64,000 nt of DNA, from contig CM060731.1 in assembly GCA_030704615.1 (NCBI GenBank), positions 44,950,001-45,014,000 of the forward strand. Reading direction: 5' to 3'. Origin of the DNA: Takakia lepidozioides (Eukaryota > Plantae > Bryophyta). The notes under the pieces were generated by a model, which was not told the DNA's origin, ran no database searches, and was given only the letters and a program-made list of their open reading frames with translations. How positions within the stretch are numbered: the first letter of the stretch is position 1; each line of letters opens with the position of its first letter. The translations under genes were made by a program, and so were the position numbers. Below are positions 60,027 through 64,000 of this stretch, one piece after another.

Positions 60027-61809
60027 AGACGAATTTTCCCTTCGTATAGTTCTCTCGTAATTCTATTAACGTGAACTTTTTTTAGGGCTCCCCACGTAAG
60101 AGTTAACTTTATAAATGTTACTTTTCATTGATCCTAAATTTGTATCTGTTAAAGTGTTACAATCCTTTAAGTGTTACAGTTTTTCTTACTCCCAAAGATT
60201 AACACATATGGAGGGCCGACTATACTATAACCCCCGTTTTTTAATTCCTGGACCACCCTCTAATCTTCACACTAACTTCAAACCTGGGGCCCTTATAAAG
60301 TCCAGACAAGAATGAGGGGAGGACAGGACTTGGAGAGAATGTACAGAAAGGGCGCAGGCGTTTAAGAAAATATGAGTTGCTACAAGAATGCATAGACCCG
60401 GCAGCACCTCGCATTAAGAATAAAATAAAATCCATTACGTGCATAAATTCTAGTGACGACTAAAGGTGGGAGACTAGGTGGTAGAGCAGGAATAGGGTGC
60501 CATAATGCCATGTCATGGTCGCCACATCACCGTCGTTAATATTTTTTGAATCTGCCCAGATTTCCCCCCAACAGAGAGAGAAAAAAAAAAAATGATTCTT
60601 GAAAACCGTCATCATCGTCATATTTCATTTCTTAAGCTGCACCGGAAGGGGAAAAATAAATTATATTTAAAAACTTTCTTTTGCAAATGTGCTCTAATAT
60701 TACTTTATTATTTTCTTTTGTTTTCTTGACAATTTTTTAGAGCAATTTTCTTTTTAATTAGAAATATAATTTATTTGAAAAACAATAGGAACAATGTAAG
60801 AATTAGTTTAATATTTAATATTTGACGCCTCCTGAAGAAAGCGTAAATTATGGTGTCTCTTCACCCTGAAGGGTTATTGCCTTCCGCCGCTAGGAAGGTG
60901 GTTGTCCAATGTAAGAACTTAATGCAAGCGTGGGTTTTGACTATACTTTTGTGGGATTCAATTTGCATGGGTCGGCTCTTTTAGCTTGGTTGAAAAAAAA
61001 AGATTACGGGAAACTCTGACTCTTAATCATCTCACATTGCCCTTGTTACAGCCATTAAAAAATGTTTACCTTCCAAATGAAAGGCAGTAGCATTTCAAGT
61101 AAGAGACACCACACCATAAGACAGTTACGAGTGCTTACAACAAAAGTTGGAATTTTTGTTTAAAATTTAGAATATAAGGATATATTTGAACCATATGAAA
61201 AAGAAGGAAGGGAAAAAAATCTTAAAACAATTATATTTTATTATATTTTCAAATTAGAAATATTATTAATTTAAGAATCAAAATATAGTCAATCAAATAG
61301 TGGTATTGTTGATGAAAATCACTTCAGCTAGAGTTGACGAGCTGACATAACTAGCACTATAGTTTTAATTGTCTAAAATATAGACAAGAGATAAAAATCT
61401 AATATTAAGAGTTTTAACCTTTCATCCGCTATTATCATTATATTTATTATGCAATATATTAGTAATTTGAATCTTGTTCATCATAAAACCAAAGGGTTGA
61501 ACTTTTGAGGTTTCGATACATGGATAAACCATTGATTTCTGTTTTGTGGTTTTATTCTAATTAATATATGGAAGTGATGTAACATTTACATTGAATGTGT
61601 GTAGCCCATTAGTACTGCGGAGCTGCAGAGCAATGCACAGCCCTAGTCATTTAGTGTGCACGCGACTATTTGGCAAGTACACAGAGCGCATTTGCTGGAG
61701 GTTTTGGGTTCAATACCTAGTAGGCGGATAGCCCACTAAAGAAGGAAGAGAAGAATGAAGAAAGAAAATATATAAGGGAGCCCCCTGGGGTAAGCACCCT
61801 AGGTTACCT

Positions 61810-62495
61810 CTGGTGATTAGCAGCCTGGAGCCGGCTGATATCCTCACTTTTATCTGGGAGAACACCGTATGAGGAATGGTATAAGCTCAAACCGTTAGTA
61901 ACACATCTCATAGCATTTGGCTCGGATGCATATGTGCACATCCCTAAAGTGCTCAGAAAGAAACTCTTTGCAAAGAGTAGAAAGGGTGTTTTCATGGGCT
62001 ACTCCGCCACAAGTAAAGGATATCGAGTGTGGATCGATGAACTGCGTCGTATTGAAGAAAGCAGGGATATTCTCTTTGATGAGAACTTCAGTGAAGCTGA
62101 TCTCAGCGGGAGCCAATCTGATCCCATGCAATGGCTTCGAGTCGAGGGCGACCTAGTACCAGTCTTCGCACCAATTATTCCACCAGCACCCTGTTCGATT
62201 CAACATGTATACTGTTGTGTGAGCTGCTTCGGCCCAAAACATGATGTATACATGTGCCGCATGTAACATGGTTCTTACAGTCTCAATGATCGTTCTGTTC
62301 TCCCGTTCCGAGGAGCCATTCTGTTCTGGCGTGAACGCGATGGTGAGATCTTGCTTGATCTGCTGTTCATCCAAGGATCCCATGAAGGCTCCATTCGTGT
62401 ACTCTGTACCACGATCACTTCTGAGGATCTTCACTGAGTTGTCTGTCTCACATTTGAGTTGAGCCACAAACCGCTTGAATGCAGCAAGAAACTAC
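61810..62495 (-). mobile_element. Ty1/Copia integrase fragment; core on the minus strand (62189-62495), C-terminal part flipped onto the plus strand (61841-62188)
   Basis: Minus strand: VKILRSDRGTEY, TPEQNGSSERENRTIIE, FWAEAAHTTVYMLNRTG. Plus strand: SGRTPYEEWY..KP...HLIAFGSDAYVHIPK...GVFMGYSATSKGYRVW...SRDILFDE. Confidence 0.9.
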
Positions 62496-62918
62496 TCATC
62501 GTGCATACGACCACGCGGACCTTGACTTCTTGTCTAGTCTTGTACCTCTAGTCTGACCTCTTGTTTGTGTTCAGTCATGTTCTCGTCCTTGACAATGTCA
62601 GCCAAGTTAGCTTCAAGGTGAAGACTCCACATTCAATGTACCTGATACACGCTAAGGAGGGATGAGCACCACACATCAGTATATATAGCTACACTTCCAG
62701 CACTCTTGTATCTTGTATTGGCAACATGGAGTCATAGGAACCAGATACATTAGAGCTGTCGCTTATCCAACTACCAGATCAACCGTTCCGACTTTCACGA
62801 CCTTCAACATCACGCTGACGCTCTCGATACGATGGGCCACCAATGCGACGCGTACTTCCTCGTTTGGACCCCGTACGACGGTAAGTGGAGCCTACTCGAA
62901 GTTGATAATTCTGTTGGT

Positions 62919-63330
62919 GGGACTTAGCCATTTTCGGGCCCAACCAGGGAAAATGGCGCCGAATTTCCAGTGCACAGCCCCGAAAATGGCTAAGTCCCTT
63001 TAGAGGCAGGCACCTCAACTGGAAATTCGACGCCATTTTTCCAGTTCCGGGCCTAGTGAGTTCTGGGACTTAGCCATTTTCGGCCCCAACCTGGGAAAAT
63101 GGCGCCGGTTTTCCAGTGCAGGGCCCCGAAAATGGCTAAGTCCCTAGTGTGGCAGGCACCGAAACCGGAAATTCGGCGCCATTTTTCCAGTTGCAGCCCC
63201 AGTTAGGGAAAATGGGAAAATGGGAAAATGGCGCCGAATTTCCAGTTCAGGGCCCCGAAAATGGCCAAGTCCCTGGAGTGGCTGGCACCGAAACTGGAAA
63301 TTTGGCGCCATTTTTCCAGTTCCGGGCCTA
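62919..63330. repeat. Tandem array (~146-bp period, about three units) of internally palindromic units
   Basis: GGGACTTAGCCATTTTCGG...CCGAAAATGGCTAAGTCCC at 62919-62998 and 63065-63144, with a partial third copy ending 63273. GGAAAATGGCGCC and GGCGCCATTTTTCC recur in both orientations. Confidence 0.92.
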
Positions 63331-63841
63331 GTCATTTTCATTCCCTAAAATTTACCTCGTTCCCGGGACCTCATTCTGTGTGTTTCTTGAATGCAGGTAC
63401 TGCAAGTTGAGGCTTTGGACCCAGATGGCAACGAAATCATGTTTGAAGGTAGCTTCGAAAATCAGAATGCTCAAATCACTGCATGGTCCCAAGTTCAAGG
63501 TGTTGGACACTATCGATGGTTGCATGGACCTAATAATCATTTGAGTCAAGAACGAAGAGCCGAATACTTAGCAAGTACCATTCGTCGGATTTTGGATTTT
63601 CTCCAACTCTAAGCAAGTCCAAGATTTTACCGCTCCCCGAGGACGACGGCGCTAGAGGAGCAGGTGATGTCACGGACAGAGCTCAGAGGAACTTACCAGG
63701 AGTAAATACCAAAAGTTATCATGTTACCGAAAGTTACCATGATTTATCATGATTTATCATTACTTACACTACAACAGATGAGCGTTTTTATGAGTTCACA
63801 TATGACTATTTTTTCAGTCTTATATGCGTTCATGACTACAT

Positions 63842-64000
63842 CACTCTGTAGTGAAAAAAACCCTGTCATAGCGACTAGTCTTTAGGATTGCGTTTTGCAA
63901 GTCATATCCGTGACTGCTTGCGTGGCACCTGGAGTCCTGTTGCAGAGAGGGTTGCAGTCACAACTATATGACTAATATATGACTAATATATGATTACATT
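63842..64000 (+). mobile_element. Possible left end of a CACTA-like element
   Basis: CACTCTGTAGTGAAAAAAACCC is followed by short GTCA(T/C)A / TATGACTA motifs in both orientations. No second end lies in the window and the terminus is not a perfect CACTA. Confidence 0.25.

Larger units (their letters stand above)
34059..60222 (+). mobile_element. pogo/Tigger DNA transposon, outermost host of the nest (~2.6 kb after removing the insert)
   Basis: The TIR core GTCGGCCCTCCATAT (34059-34073) has its exact reverse complement ATATGGAGGGCCGAC at 60206-60220, followed by TATA. The transposase is split at 35476/59052. Confidence 0.88.

Overview
Eukaryotic plant genomic DNA with GT-AG introns; I infer a non-seed land plant, but the species cannot be determined from the sequence. 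The left half (1-33 kb) is genic. It holds a B3-domain gene, a complete 14-exon PP2A B55 regulatory subunit gene, a DUF688-like gene and a multi-exon GDT1/TMEM165 (UPF0016) transporter gene, all on the minus strand, plus PPR and probable NLR remnants. The right half (34-60 kb) is a four-level transposon nest whose target-site duplications (TSDs) can be read at base level. A pogo/Tigger element is split by a Ty3/Gypsy LTR retrotransposon (TSD ACTCA). The 3' LTR of that element is split by a ~10 kb DNA transposon with CCCGGGGGG termini, an 8-bp TSD and a ~1,470-codon P-element/THAP9-like transposase without a THAP domain. That transposon carries an RTE/RTEX-like LINE with a 12-bp TSD. A later 17-kb inversion (37831-54893) broke both gag and the LINE and turned the terminal inverted repeats (TIRs) into direct repeats. 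The window ends with a Copia integrase fragment containing a ~350-bp micro-inversion and a palindromic tandem repeat. The best candidate for something undescribed is the P-like CCCGGGGGG transposon family in a land plant. All family assignments come from motif recognition by eye; no database search was run.
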